Positions 36,721 through 46,472 of a stretch of 49,447 nt of DNA are shown in pieces. The number at the start of each line of letters is the position of its first letter. Positions within the stretch are counted from its first letter, which is position 1. Made by a program: the position numbers and the translations under genes. Source of the DNA: Desulfobacterales bacterium. GTDB taxonomy: Bacteria; Desulfobacterota; Desulfobacteria; Desulfobacterales; UBA11574. The stretch spans positions 1 through 49,447 of the forward strand of contig JBFESJ010000002.1 of the NCBI GenBank assembly GCA_041548585.1, given 5' to 3'. The notes under the pieces are model-generated. The model was not told the origin of the DNA. It saw only the letters and a program-made list of their open reading frames with translations, and ran no database searches.

Positions 36721-37210
36721 CTCCTTAAATGCGGAATGGAGAGGTTTTGGAGGTGGCCAATTCATATTAACTTGCGTTTTGGCGCCGGCTTGAGGAAGTC
36801 CTTGAAAATATCGTTTTCTGTATTACAATAAAACATAAATATTTATTACCTTTAAACCAGAAAAATATGTTGGATCTTTCTCCAAGACAAATACATAAAC
36901 AAAAGTGAAAATTTGCAATGAAAGATAAACGAAAAAATTATTCTCCTGAAGAAAAAAAATTTCTTTCTTATGGTGCGAGTGCGGATTTGCTATCCCTTTT
37001 GAATCCTAAGGGAGAAGAAAGGGAAGGGGTCACCAATTTTTCTTTTCGTTGTATAGCATGTAAAAATTAATTTAAAACGTATTGGTTAAACGGTAAACTG
37101 ATAATGGTGGGGGCTGCCTGAAGCGGACCTCAACTGGGTTCAGTTGAACCTGTCAATTAAACGGGCCACAGAAACCCTGATACCGGGTCGCTGAGGAAAA
37201 TCGTGCTGAT

Positions 37211-37244
37211 GATAAATCCACCAGAGGCGCACAAATCTATCGCC
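37211..37244. repeat. Degenerate third copy of the REP-like core
   Basis: GATAAATCCaCCAGAGGCGcAcAAATCT matches 196-223 at 25 of 28 positions. Confidence 0.5.
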
Positions 37245-37345
37245 TTTAGAAAAAACACGGTGATAATCCTTCCCTGCTAACATCAGGTGAAGACATCATT
37301 AAATGTTAACCCTTTTAGAGAAAAATAGATTGGAAAGGAGAAAAA

Positions 37346-37783
37346 ATGGATCTTCCGGAATATATAACTATCGAAGAAGTGAAACGGGTGTGCCGGGAAC
37401 TCAAGATCAGTGACTGGACCGAACTCAAAGAATCAAAGGTACCTTCTGATGAAGCGAAAACGATCTTATCGGAAGTTAATGTTGAAGGAATGAACATTGA
37501 CCTCGAAGAATTTCGACAGGGTCTTGAGGTTGAGCTTGAACATGGCATCCGTTTCAAAGACGCAAATGTAACCAATAATCATCCGGTTTTAACCGGCAAG
37601 ATAGTACTCGCTCACCTTAAAGAGTCTTTGTATTACTATAAACTTCTTGAAGTTGCCGAATTAGAAGGTGATTTGATTAAAGCGATTCAGGACGATCAGT
37701 GTCCGGAAGTAAAAAATTTATACATGAGACTTGCCAATGCAAGGATGATACTGAACCAGGCGGAAATTCATCGGTTGGGATGA
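37346..37783 (+). CDS. Hypothetical protein, DUF5661-like
   Basis: AAAGGAGA RBS. EF..GLEVELEHG...TNN....GKI.LAHLKE...YY..L block resembles that family, from memory. Confidence 0.55.
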   Translation: MDLPEYITIEEVKRVCRELKISDWTELKESKVPSDEAKTILSEVNVEGMNIDLEEFRQGLEVELEHGIRFKDANVTNNHPVLTGKIVLAHLKESLYYYKLLEVAELEGDLIKAIQDDQCPEVKNLYMRLANARMILNQAEIHRLG

Positions 37784-37888
37784 TCTCCGACCACCTCTCA
37801 AAAATCGTTTTATATTAAGCCATCAGACGCTTGAGATATATGAGCGAATCTTCAGCGGTAAAAGTTTTTCGGGCCAGAAAAAGGAATA

Positions 37889-38632
37889 ATGAATTCAAAA
37901 AAAGACGCATTTTATGTGGGCACTTCGGGATGGACATATGACCACTGGAAAGGAACGTTTTATCCCGAAAATATCCCCAAAACCAGATGGTTCGATTATT
38001 ACGCGAAGACGTTTACAGCAGTAGAAATCAATGCAACTTTTTACCGCAGGTTTAAAGATACGACGTATCACAAGTGGCGGGAACGTGCTCCGGACAATTT
38101 TCTTTATGTTTTAAAAGTTCCCAGACTGATCACTCACCGAAAATATCTTCTGGATGCAGAAAACCTTATCATGGAATTTTGGGAATCCGTGGTGTTGCTC
38201 GAAAATCGGTTCGGAATGGTTCTTATGCAACTCCCACCTAAAATACCTTATGACCCGGATCGTTTGAAAAAAGCGTTGTTGTCTTTTCCCGATCCGACAA
38301 AAGTTGCGGTTGAATTTCGTCATGAGCAATGGTTTGCCGATGAAATCAAGGGTCTGCTGATGGAATTGGGAGCCGTGTTTTGTGCTGTCGATGCTCCGAA
38401 AATCCGTATTATGGATTGGGTGACCTCCGATTCAGCATATATCCGACTGCATGGTCGCAAGAACTGGTATGCTCATGACTACTCGTATGAAGAACTTGGG
38501 GAGATATTGAATCTCGTCGCAAAAATGAAAAAGAGTGGCGCCAGAAAAATATTTATTTTCTTTAACAATGATTTTGAGGGCTATGCACCAAAAAATGCGT
38601 TCACCTTTCAGAATATGCTTTATGACAAATAA
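37889..38632 (+). CDS. DUF72 (YecE/UPF0759) family protein
   Basis: FYVGTSGWTYDHWKG.FYP, FTAVEINATFYR, and a later YIRLHG. Confidence 0.8.
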   Translation: MNSKKDAFYVGTSGWTYDHWKGTFYPENIPKTRWFDYYAKTFTAVEINATFYRRFKDTTYHKWRERAPDNFLYVLKVPRLITHRKYLLDAENLIMEFWESVVLLENRFGMVLMQLPPKIPYDPDRLKKALLSFPDPTKVAVEFRHEQWFADEIKGLLMELGAVFCAVDAPKIRIMDWVTSDSAYIRLHGRKNWYAHDYSYEELGEILNLVAKMKKSGARKIFIFFNNDFEGYAPKNAFTFQNMLYDK

Positions 38633-38677
38633 AACCAGATGTATTAGAAATGTATTGAGACTTTAAGGAGGTAGAAA

Positions 38678-39334
38678 ATGCTTAAGTTGGGTGAAAAAGG
38701 CGCTATTTTACAACGAGACAATAAAACCTATGCTGTTGCACCCCATATTCCTTGCGGTGTTGTGACCCCCGAGATGCTGAGGAAGATCGCCGATGTTGCA
38801 GAAAAATATAATGCCCAAGCCATAAAGATTACCGGAGCAACACGCATTGCCATTGTTGGGCTTGATGAGGAACATATTGATCAGGTGTGGGATGATCTGC
38901 AGTTGGATAAAGGAGCGGCAGTGGGTCTTTGCGTTCGAAGCATCAGGGCATGCCCCGGGACTACATTTTGCAAGATCGGCCAACAGGACGCATTGGGCGT
39001 TGGAATGGAATTGGATCAACGTTATCATGGAAAGGAGTTGCCCGGCAAATTCAAGATGGCCGTGTCCGGTTGTCAGTTAAGCTGTGCCGAGTCATGGGTC
39101 CGTGACATTGGTCTGATCGGAAAAAAGGATGGATGGCAGGTTGTCATCGGCGGTAACGTGGGTGCAAAGCCACGGATTGGCGAAGAAATCGTCTCCGGCC
39201 TGGATGATTCTCTGGTACTTGAAGTTGTCGATAAAATTGTTCAATACTATAAAGAAAATGCAAAGAAAAATGAACGCCTGGGCAAAATGATCAATCGTAT
39301 TGGGATGACACCTTTCAAAGATGCCATCAATTAG
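38678..39334 (+). CDS. Small siroheme/[4Fe-4S] sulfite-reductase-like protein (low-molecular-weight assimilatory-type)
   Basis: 218 aa. Nitrite/sulfite reductase ferredoxin-like half domain plus Cys motifs CPGTTFC (C-x5-C) and SGCQLSC (C-x3-C). AAGGAGG RBS. Confidence 0.7.
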   Translation: MLKLGEKGAILQRDNKTYAVAPHIPCGVVTPEMLRKIADVAEKYNAQAIKITGATRIAIVGLDEEHIDQVWDDLQLDKGAAVGLCVRSIRACPGTTFCKIGQQDALGVGMELDQRYHGKELPGKFKMAVSGCQLSCAESWVRDIGLIGKKDGWQVVIGGNVGAKPRIGEEIVSGLDDSLVLEVVDKIVQYYKENAKKNERLGKMINRIGMTPFKDAIN

Positions 39335-39367
39335 TCCATTCCATCAAAAACCCTGGTTTGCAACCCA

Positions 39368-40537
39368 ATGAGAAATGCGGGATTGATTGAATTGCGATAT
39401 TACAAAGCTGGCGACATTGAGGCGGATCAAGCGGTTTTGAATATTACGATGCAAGAGATTATCGATCTTACAAAAGACCTGGTTCAATTTAAAACCATGC
39501 ACTCAAAGCCTTACGAGATAAAGCGATGTGTTGCATTTATTGAAAATTATTTAGACACCTTCGGTGTCGTTTACAAACGTCTTGATTACGGAAATTCGCC
39601 CTCGATTATGGTTCTTCCTCAAGGCGCTATTGCGCCTGTGCTTTTGATGAGTCATATCGATGTTGTTGATGCTCCCGGCAACCTGTTCAGCCCGGTCATA
39701 AAGGAACGGAAACTGTACGGACGGGGATGCCTGGATGACAAATATGCGGTTGCTCTGTCTATGGTTCTGCTAAAAAAGAACCTACGGCGGCTTGAAAAGC
39801 AAGGTAAAGGTCAAAATGATTTACCCTTCGGAATTTTGATTACCAGTGACGAAGAGATCGGCGGCTTCAACGGTGCTAAAAAGGCACTTGGTGAAGTTCA
39901 AACAGACTTTTGTATTGTGCTCGATGGTGGAAATCTTGAAAAAATCGTTGTTAAAGAAAAAGGTGTTGTCAGCGTTAAACTCTTGTCCCGGGCAAAAGCA
40001 GCTTCCGGTGACAAGCCGTGGCGGAAGGAAAATGCCATTGAAAAATTGATGGATGATGTTATCAAGTGGAGAACATGTTTCGTAAAATCAGCACCTGAGC
40101 ACTGGCACAGGGCCTTAACCTGCACCGGTATCCATGCGGAAAAATCACATCATGGCGATCCGGAATGTGTGGAGGCTCAGTTAGAGATTCGTTATACGGA
40201 AACAGACGATGTTGAGCGCATGTTTAACAAAATGCAAAACGAATTGCACAGCGAAATCATTGTGGAGGGCGTCGAACCCCTGTTTTCTGGCGGTGAATCA
40301 GAACACCTGAAGTTGCTGCTGGCCATTTCAAAAAAGACCCGGATCGGATTTGAAGACGGCACTAACGATGCGCGCTTTCTTTCGCAGCTTGGGATCAATG
40401 GCATTATCTGGGGTGCTGACGGCGACCGAAGCCAACATACTCTGGACGAGCACGTCAACATTGAGAGTGTTTATGAACTATATATCCTCCTCGATGTGTT
40501 TTTGCGTCAATCCGAATCTCTCGCCAGGTTATCCTGA
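39368..40537 (+). CDS. M20-family metallopeptidase/deacylase (ArgE/DapE/CPG2-like)
   Basis: SHIDVV, GCLDDK, SDEEIGG. The likely true start is ATG 39449 (MQEIIDLTKDLVQFKT). Confidence 0.75.
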   Translation: MRNAGLIELRYYKAGDIEADQAVLNITMQEIIDLTKDLVQFKTMHSKPYEIKRCVAFIENYLDTFGVVYKRLDYGNSPSIMVLPQGAIAPVLLMSHIDVVDAPGNLFSPVIKERKLYGRGCLDDKYAVALSMVLLKKNLRRLEKQGKGQNDLPFGILITSDEEIGGFNGAKKALGEVQTDFCIVLDGGNLEKIVVKEKGVVSVKLLSRAKAASGDKPWRKENAIEKLMDDVIKWRTCFVKSAPEHWHRALTCTGIHAEKSHHGDPECVEAQLEIRYTETDDVERMFNKMQNELHSEIIVEGVEPLFSGGESEHLKLLLAISKKTRIGFEDGTNDARFLSQLGINGIIWGADGDRSQHTLDEHVNIESVYELYILLDVFLRQSESLARLS

Positions 40538-40625
40538 AAATAGGTTCATTTTACATGCATACATGGCAGTCTCTGGCAAAGATACCGAGAGTAGGTGAAC
40601 AGGCACGGATTTGGGAGCGGTTATT

Positions 40626-41417
40626 ATGCCGAAAAAAAGGAAAATAAAACTGATTTCATGGAATGTAAACGGTATTCGAGCAGCCATTAAAAAGGATTTT
40701 TTTAAATCATTCAAACAGATGGATGCCGATATATTTGCCATTCAGGAAACAAAGATTCAGGAAGCACAACTCACGGATGAAATGAAAAATATTGAAGGGT
40801 ATGAAGCATTCTGGTCTCATGCCACCATAAAAAAGGGGTACAGTGGTGTCTGCACCTATGCTCGGATCAAACCCAAGAGAATTAATTACAGTATCGGCAC
40901 CCCGGAATTCGACAATGAGGGGCGCATCGTCGAGATGGATTTTGATGACTTCATATTTTTTAACGTTTATTTCCCCAACGGGCAAATGAGTGAGGAACGG
41001 CTGCAGTACAAGCTCGATTTTTATGAAAAATTTTTCGAATATGCAGATGCGTATCAAAAGCAGGGCCGAAGCATTATTATATCCGGAGATTATAACACGG
41101 CTCATAATGAAATTGATTTGAAAAATCCAAAAGCCAATGAAAACACTTCCGGATTTTTACGGATCGAACGTGATTGGCTCGACAGAATTATTAATAGCGG
41201 TTATGTGGACACATTCAGATATTTTTATCCGGATACTGTAAAATATTCGTGGTGGACTTACCGATTCAAAGCGAGAGAGCGTAACATTGGCTGGCGTATA
41301 GATTATTTTTTTGTTACCAAAGATGTTGTGGATAAAGGCTGGGTCAAAGCTGCGTTTATTGACAATGATATTTTTGGATCTGACCATTGTCCCACTGGGC
41401 TGGTTGTGGAAATTTGA
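40626..41417 (+). CDS. xth: Exodeoxyribonuclease III
   Basis: ISWNVNGIRA, QETK, GDYNTAH, SDHCP. Start at ATG 40626 after GGGAGCGG. Confidence 0.9.
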   Translation: MPKKRKIKLISWNVNGIRAAIKKDFFKSFKQMDADIFAIQETKIQEAQLTDEMKNIEGYEAFWSHATIKKGYSGVCTYARIKPKRINYSIGTPEFDNEGRIVEMDFDDFIFFNVYFPNGQMSEERLQYKLDFYEKFFEYADAYQKQGRSIIISGDYNTAHNEIDLKNPKANENTSGFLRIERDWLDRIINSGYVDTFRYFYPDTVKYSWWTYRFKARERNIGWRIDYFFVTKDVVDKGWVKAAFIDNDIFGSDHCPTGLVVEI

Positions 41418-41586
41418 ACCCCATTTGACATAATGAATTCATGCATTAATTTAAATTTACGGCTTTTCTGGTGTACGTGCATCTTATTCATCGGTTGGCA
41501 GTAATTAAATAAAAAATGATGTGCACCGAATATAAAAACGACATTTAGGGAAGCTCACAGATAACAATACCTGGTAGACTCCGGCT

Positions 41587-42084
41587 CTATTTTGCCCTCA
41601 GTTTTTTTCGATGGTTCGTTAGCTGGGCGACATGTTTACGCTCTTGTCTAATGATATCATCAATCTTTTCTTGTCCGTACTTGGGCGGCACCAAGTCTTT
41701 GAGCCCAACATAGAACAGAATCGAGTCCTTTTCGAGGCCAATAGCGGTTGTGAGTATTTCCTCCAAGGTTTCACTGCCAGTTAGCGCATCCGCTGCAGAC
41801 GGACTGCCTTCACCCCCAATCGTGTCAGCCATTGAGGCGAGATACTGGGACACCTCGTCGTAAGGATCGAACACCTTCCCACCCGCATCCTTTTCAGTCA
41901 ATGTTTTGCGCATTTCGATGAATATTTTTTGGTGCTGATCCTCCATGGCGGCCAGACTTTCCAAAAACCGCTGGTTTTCGGAATCGGATTGCATGGCCGC
42001 AGCTTTCCGATAAAAGGCAGCGCCATTACTTTCGATGCGAACCGCCATTTCAAAAACTTCATCCGCATTAAACATGATTGCCAT
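41587..42084 (-). CDS. Rubrerythrin-like ferritin-fold diiron protein (no rubredoxin domain)
   Basis: Two E...ExxH pairs (RIESNG/MEDQH and GLEKDS/QERKH). Start at 42084 with GGAGGGAG RBS. The track's longer ORF would overlap the SOD remnant's stop. Confidence 0.7.
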   Translation of the reverse strand: MAIMFNADEVFEMAVRIESNGAAFYRKAAAMQSDSENQRFLESLAAMEDQHQKIFIEMRKTLTEKDAGGKVFDPYDEVSQYLASMADTIGGEGSPSAADALTGSETLEEILTTAIGLEKDSILFYVGLKDLVPPKYGQEKIDDIIRQERKHVAQLTNHRKKLRAK

Positions 42085-42115
42085 AAGGCTCCCTCCTTTT
42101 TCACATACGTTCAGT

Positions 42116-42433
42116 TTAAACCTTTTTATCAACCGGTTTTTGTTGTAAGCCGACGAAATCCCAGTCGATGAGATGGTTAAGCACCTTCTCTACAAATTCA
42201 GCTCTGAGATTTTGATGGTCCAGATAGTAACCATGCTCCCAGACATCAACCGTGAGAAGAGGCTTTAGACCGTGAGCGATAGGAGTATTCGCATTGCCGA
42301 TGGTGACGATCTTGAGTTTCGTTTTTCGCCGTCAAGCACCAACCAGATCCATCCACTGCGAATACAATTACCGGTGGACTCAATAAATATTTCTTTGAAG
42401 ACTTCGAAGCTGCATAAGGATTCTTTATAATTA
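42116..42433 (-). pseudogene. sodB: Fe/Mn superoxide dismutase remnant: C-terminal half only, with a frameshift
   Basis: Minus strand reads ...SFEVFKEIFIESTGNCIRSGWIWLVLDGEK in one frame, then KLKIVTIGNANTPIAHGLKPLLTVDVWEHGYYLDHQNLRAEFVEKVLNHLIDWDFVG...* in another. The shift is at an A5 run. An in-frame TAA and AT-rich non-coding DNA replace the N-terminal domain. Confidence 0.75.
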
Positions 42434-42679
42434 AAAATTAATTAAATCAATACAATAAAGTATTGATTTAGAATTGTCAACAAACGCAACGAAAGGCCTT
42501 TCGAAAAGCGTGGTATTTAAGTTTCGCTCTATTTTGACGTGGTAAAAGCCTTTCGAAAAAAACAGAAACAAGAGAATAACGTTGATGATCTTTCGGAAAT
42601 GGAGTAACTGTGAACATATCAAGTTGGAATGCCGTTGCACTTTTTTTTACTGAACGCGCATAACAATCGGGAGATCTAA

Positions 42680-43105
42680 ATGGAACCTATCTATGTTGCC
42701 GCCCTTATTAGCTTTGTCGTTGGCCTTTTTGGGTATATTATCACTCGTTTTTGGATATTACCCATCGGCAGGTATACAAGGGTCAAGGGCCGCCTCGAAT
42801 CAGACATGGGCACTTTGCTGGACTTGCTGTTCGACGAAAAGATGCAGAATGGAAAAAGCACACAAATACACGCCCTCCAAGTATCCGTGCGTCGCCACTC
42901 TTCAGACCTGGTTTCCATCTACCAATATGATTTGCCGTATTGGTACCGACTCAACCTTGAAAGTAAAAAAGAACAGCCCTTGGAGGCTTCGAAGTCTTTA
43001 ATGCGCCTTTCCAATACACGCAAACCGGAACATGTATTGAGACAAGCAAATGAAATCAAGCGGCTTTTACGGATGAAAAAAATTAACGTCAACCGGAACG
43101 ATTAA
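42680..43105 (+). CDS. Hypothetical membrane protein (141 aa)
   Basis: One N-terminal TM helix, then a basic helical C-terminal part. GGGAG RBS. Confidence 0.5.
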   Translation: MEPIYVAALISFVVGLFGYIITRFWILPIGRYTRVKGRLESDMGTLLDLLFDEKMQNGKSTQIHALQVSVRRHSSDLVSIYQYDLPYWYRLNLESKKEQPLEASKSLMRLSNTRKPEHVLRQANEIKRLLRMKKINVNRND

Positions 43106-43174
43106 TTAACACCCAATCAAGGGTAAAGACTGAATCGATACACTGACGAACCTTTAAGGGAGATTCAGCAGTCT

Positions 43175-44467
43175 TTGAAGAACCAAATTAAAAATTACGC
43201 AGCCAATACACCCTATGACCCTCACCGCTGGATGGTTTTTTCCTTCATCTGCCTGGTATACTTTTTCGTCTATTTCCATCGGGTTTCCACCTCGGTTATC
43301 GTTACGGACCTTTTAAAAGCGTTTCACACCAACGCAACGGCGCTGGGCTTCATGTCGTCCATGTATTTTTATCTCTATGCCTTTGAGCAACCGCTTGTGG
43401 GATACCTCGCGGACCGGCTCGGACCCCGGCGAGTGATCGGCTACTGGTCCATGGTCGCTTCGGCAGGATGTTTTCTGTTCGGAATGGCACCGAACATTGG
43501 TTGGGCTTCGGTGGGACGGGCGCTTATCGGTCTTGGTGTGGGCGGCGTGTACGTGCCGGCAGTCAAGGCCGTGTCCTTATGGTTCAGAAAAAACGAATTT
43601 GCCACCATGATTGGACTGCTCATGTCCATGGGAAATTTGGGTGCTGTAATTGCCACCACACCCCTAGCTTGGGCGGCCGGTTCCTGGGGATGGCGGCCCA
43701 CATTTTTCATGATCGGCGCCATCACACTTGGGCTGGCATTTGTTACGCTGTTGCTCACCCGAGACTACTCTGGTCCCATCGAACCGGCTTTGGCAAATTC
43801 AGTCGAAGCCTCTGGAGGACATACGAACTCAAAAGCAAAGGCTGTCCAGGTGCTGGCATCCAGGCAGTTCTGGATTGTTGCGATCATTTTTTTCGGTATT
43901 TACGGCACGCTGGTGACTTTGCAGGGACTGTGGGCAACACCCTTTCTGATGGCGGTCCTTGGAATTAAACGCATCTTTGCCAGCAAACTGAACATGCTGA
44001 TCCCTGTGGGGGTGATCATTGGTGCACCCTTTTTCGGCTGGATAACCGACAGGTTTTCTCTCAACAAGAGAAATACCCTGATCGTGATCCTTAGCGTGTA
44101 TACTCTGACCTGGGTGGGACTCACCTTTTTTTATAATCAATTAAGGATCGTCGGCCTGTCTCTGATACTGCTTGTGATGGGTATCGTTACAGGCGGGTTC
44201 ATTAGCACGCTGTGGGGGATTGTTCGGGAGACTACGGCGATGGAAATTCTGGGACTGACTTCAGGTATGCTTAATCCCGCGCCATTTCTGGGAGTTGCCG
44301 TTTTTCAGGTTTTAACGGGCCTTATTCTGGATCGGGCCGGCCGCATCGGGAATCTTTACCCGCTAACAGCCTTCAAAGACGCTTTTTTGGTCTGTCTGTT
44401 CGGCGTTATTATCTGCTTTTTGCTGTCATTTTCTCTCCAAAAATCTTATGATCCGGAGGAGTTCTGA
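43175..44467 (+). CDS. MFS transporter
   Basis: About 12 predicted TM helices. GYLADRLGPRR loop 2-3 motif. TTG start (alternative ATG at 43232). Confidence 0.8.
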   Translation: MKNQIKNYAANTPYDPHRWMVFSFICLVYFFVYFHRVSTSVIVTDLLKAFHTNATALGFMSSMYFYLYAFEQPLVGYLADRLGPRRVIGYWSMVASAGCFLFGMAPNIGWASVGRALIGLGVGGVYVPAVKAVSLWFRKNEFATMIGLLMSMGNLGAVIATTPLAWAAGSWGWRPTFFMIGAITLGLAFVTLLLTRDYSGPIEPALANSVEASGGHTNSKAKAVQVLASRQFWIVAIIFFGIYGTLVTLQGLWATPFLMAVLGIKRIFASKLNMLIPVGVIIGAPFFGWITDRFSLNKRNTLIVILSVYTLTWVGLTFFYNQLRIVGLSLILLVMGIVTGGFISTLWGIVRETTAMEILGLTSGMLNPAPFLGVAVFQVLTGLILDRAGRIGNLYPLTAFKDAFLVCLFGVIICFLLSFSLQKSYDPEEF

Positions 44468-44641
44468 TTTTTTCTTGGGTTGGTTTGGTGACGAGTTAAA
44501 GCGTTTTTTCGTGAATGAAATATCACGGGAAGGACTTGATTGACTCCGAAGATTTTTATAATGTTTATGGGGAGATTATGCAAAAAAACGTTTCAATGAA
44601 CGCTCGAATAAAAATTTATTTGGGAAACAGTCCGTTACGAT

Positions 44642-44938
44642 ATGACACCTGAGGAGTTAAAATATTTTTGGGGGAATCACATCAACGTTCAGGTCGATGG
44701 TGAAGATCTCGATTTTGTTAAAGCAAAGGATATTGCCAAAGAGAAGGCAAAGGAAATAGCCCCGGATCCAATGCTATTGTCATGGTATAGTGGAAAAACC
44801 GGAAAATACTTCCCGAAGCTTGAGTGCGGTACCTGGGATAAGCCGGTATGGATGATATTTGCAGAATCAAGAGGCGCGGATATTGCCGTCAATATTAATG
44901 ATGGTGAATACATATTTCTCTATCTCTCTTTGGTATAA
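44642..44938 (+). CDS. Hypothetical small protein (98 aa)
   Basis: ORF with a weak RBS. No family recognised with confidence. Confidence 0.4.
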   Translation: MTPEELKYFWGNHINVQVDGEDLDFVKAKDIAKEKAKEIAPDPMLLSWYSGKTGKYFPKLECGTWDKPVWMIFAESRGADIAVNINDGEYIFLYLSLV

Positions 44939-45325
44939 TTATATTACAGTGTTTCATTTAGATATTAAAACTAAATCGAATCATCAGGATACGCATTGAA
45001 ATAAATATTATCATTGTTCTTGGTTTTTTTTTATGCTCGATTGAGGTTAAAATCAATTAAGAAGGCCGTATTTGCGATGGAAATGAAAAATAGAAAGAAA
45101 AGAACATCAAACCTACAGCATCTTGTAAAATGGATTTTTTTAGGACTTCTGGCCCTTTTGCTTGTATCTTATATTTTTCGACAACTTTCCTGGACGTGAC
45201 CTGATAAGCGAGATAGATGTCAAGGGTGACTGTTTCTTGAATCGAGGGCTTTGAACAAACGTTTTGACGATGAAAATAGGGTGCACGTACGATACGATAG
45301 CAGATTCGACAAGGAGATTTAAATC

Positions 45326-46393
45326 ATGTCAAAAGTAATGATCCATCCCGCCAACTATGAGAATGTTCGTCAGGCGGTAAACCGAGCCTTTGAACTCTTC
45401 CCATTAAAATTAAAGGGTAAGCGTGTTTTAATAAAACCCAACGTTTTACGGGCTTCAGAGCCCAATGAAGGCATTGTTACCCATCCCTCAGTACTGAAAG
45501 CAGTGGTGGAAAAAGTAGAAAACATGGACCCCAAATCCATTATAGTGGGGGACAATCCCGGCCTGTTCAACTACGGCGCAAATGAATTAAGTTTTGAAAA
45601 AACAGGACTAATGGATGCCGCCGGGAAGCATTATGAGAACATCGGGAATGATTCGGTGAAGGTGGATTTCAATGCCGATTTTATACCTACGGTCAGCCTT
45701 TCCCGGGTTGTCGTAGACACCGATATCATTATCAGTCTGCCAAAATTCAAAACCCACGGATTAACGGTCGTCACGGGCGCGATCAAAAACAGTTACGGTT
45801 TTTTACCCGGTGCACAGAAAGCCAAACTTCACAAGGTTGCTGGAAGTCCCCAACGGTTTCATGAAATGATTGTAGACGTGTTTCAACTGCGGGTGCCCGA
45901 CCTGTTCATTGTGGACGCTGTGGTCGGGATGGAGGGTAATGGCCCGGCATCACCCGACCTCAGAAACATCGGTCTGATTCTGGCCTCCGACAATGCCGTG
46001 GCCCTGGATGCGATTATTGCGACCATGATGGGATGTGAACCCAGCCGGCTTCGATTCCTTCAAAAGGCAAAGGAAAAGGGTTTGGGAGATTATGACCTCA
46101 AGAAAATAGAAGTGCTTGGAGAGTTGAAGCAACTGCCCGATTTCAAACTCCCGCCCCTCGGCGGTGAAGCCATTATGAACAATGAGACCATACAAACGAT
46201 GCTCCTTGATCGAACCCTTCTACGACCCCAGATTGACCCCGAATTGTGCACTGCCTGCGGTACATGCATCGATCAGTGTCCTGTGTCTGCTCTGTCCATG
46301 GATGAGGACATCCCGCTCGTGGACGCCGACATGTGCATTACCTGCTTTTGCTGTCAGGAAATTTGTCCTGAAAAAGCCATAGCTTTAAGGTAG
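45326..46393 (+). CDS. DUF362-domain protein with C-terminal 2x[4Fe-4S] ferredoxin domain
   Basis: RVLIKPNVL..., KFKTHG, GMEGNGP. CTACGTCIDQCP and CITCFCCQEICP. Confidence 0.7.
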   Translation: MSKVMIHPANYENVRQAVNRAFELFPLKLKGKRVLIKPNVLRASEPNEGIVTHPSVLKAVVEKVENMDPKSIIVGDNPGLFNYGANELSFEKTGLMDAAGKHYENIGNDSVKVDFNADFIPTVSLSRVVVDTDIIISLPKFKTHGLTVVTGAIKNSYGFLPGAQKAKLHKVAGSPQRFHEMIVDVFQLRVPDLFIVDAVVGMEGNGPASPDLRNIGLILASDNAVALDAIIATMMGCEPSRLRFLQKAKEKGLGDYDLKKIEVLGELKQLPDFKLPPLGGEAIMNNETIQTMLLDRTLLRPQIDPELCTACGTCIDQCPVSALSMDEDIPLVDADMCITCFCCQEICPEKAIALR

Positions 46394-46472
46394 ATACCCA
46401 AGGACTTACGCCCGTGGCACTTGTGAAGGGGCTGATGGTTTCAAAACCTTCCATAGAGAGATTTTAAGTACC

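Noticed and set aside
37100-37260. Possible riboswitch (cobalamin, c-di-GMP or fluoride; the fluoride idea came from GCTGATGAT)
   Set aside because: Only a 9-nt resemblance to the crcB motif, and none of the other conserved elements (GGCGATG..., B12 box, GEMM GNRA/receptor) is present. Part of the region is a decayed repeat copy.
42625-42639. Sigma-54-like TGGAATGCCGTTGCA upstream of the 42680 gene
   Set aside because: The GG-to-GC spacing is one nucleotide shorter than the consensus spacing, which the other -24/-12 candidates reported here all meet.
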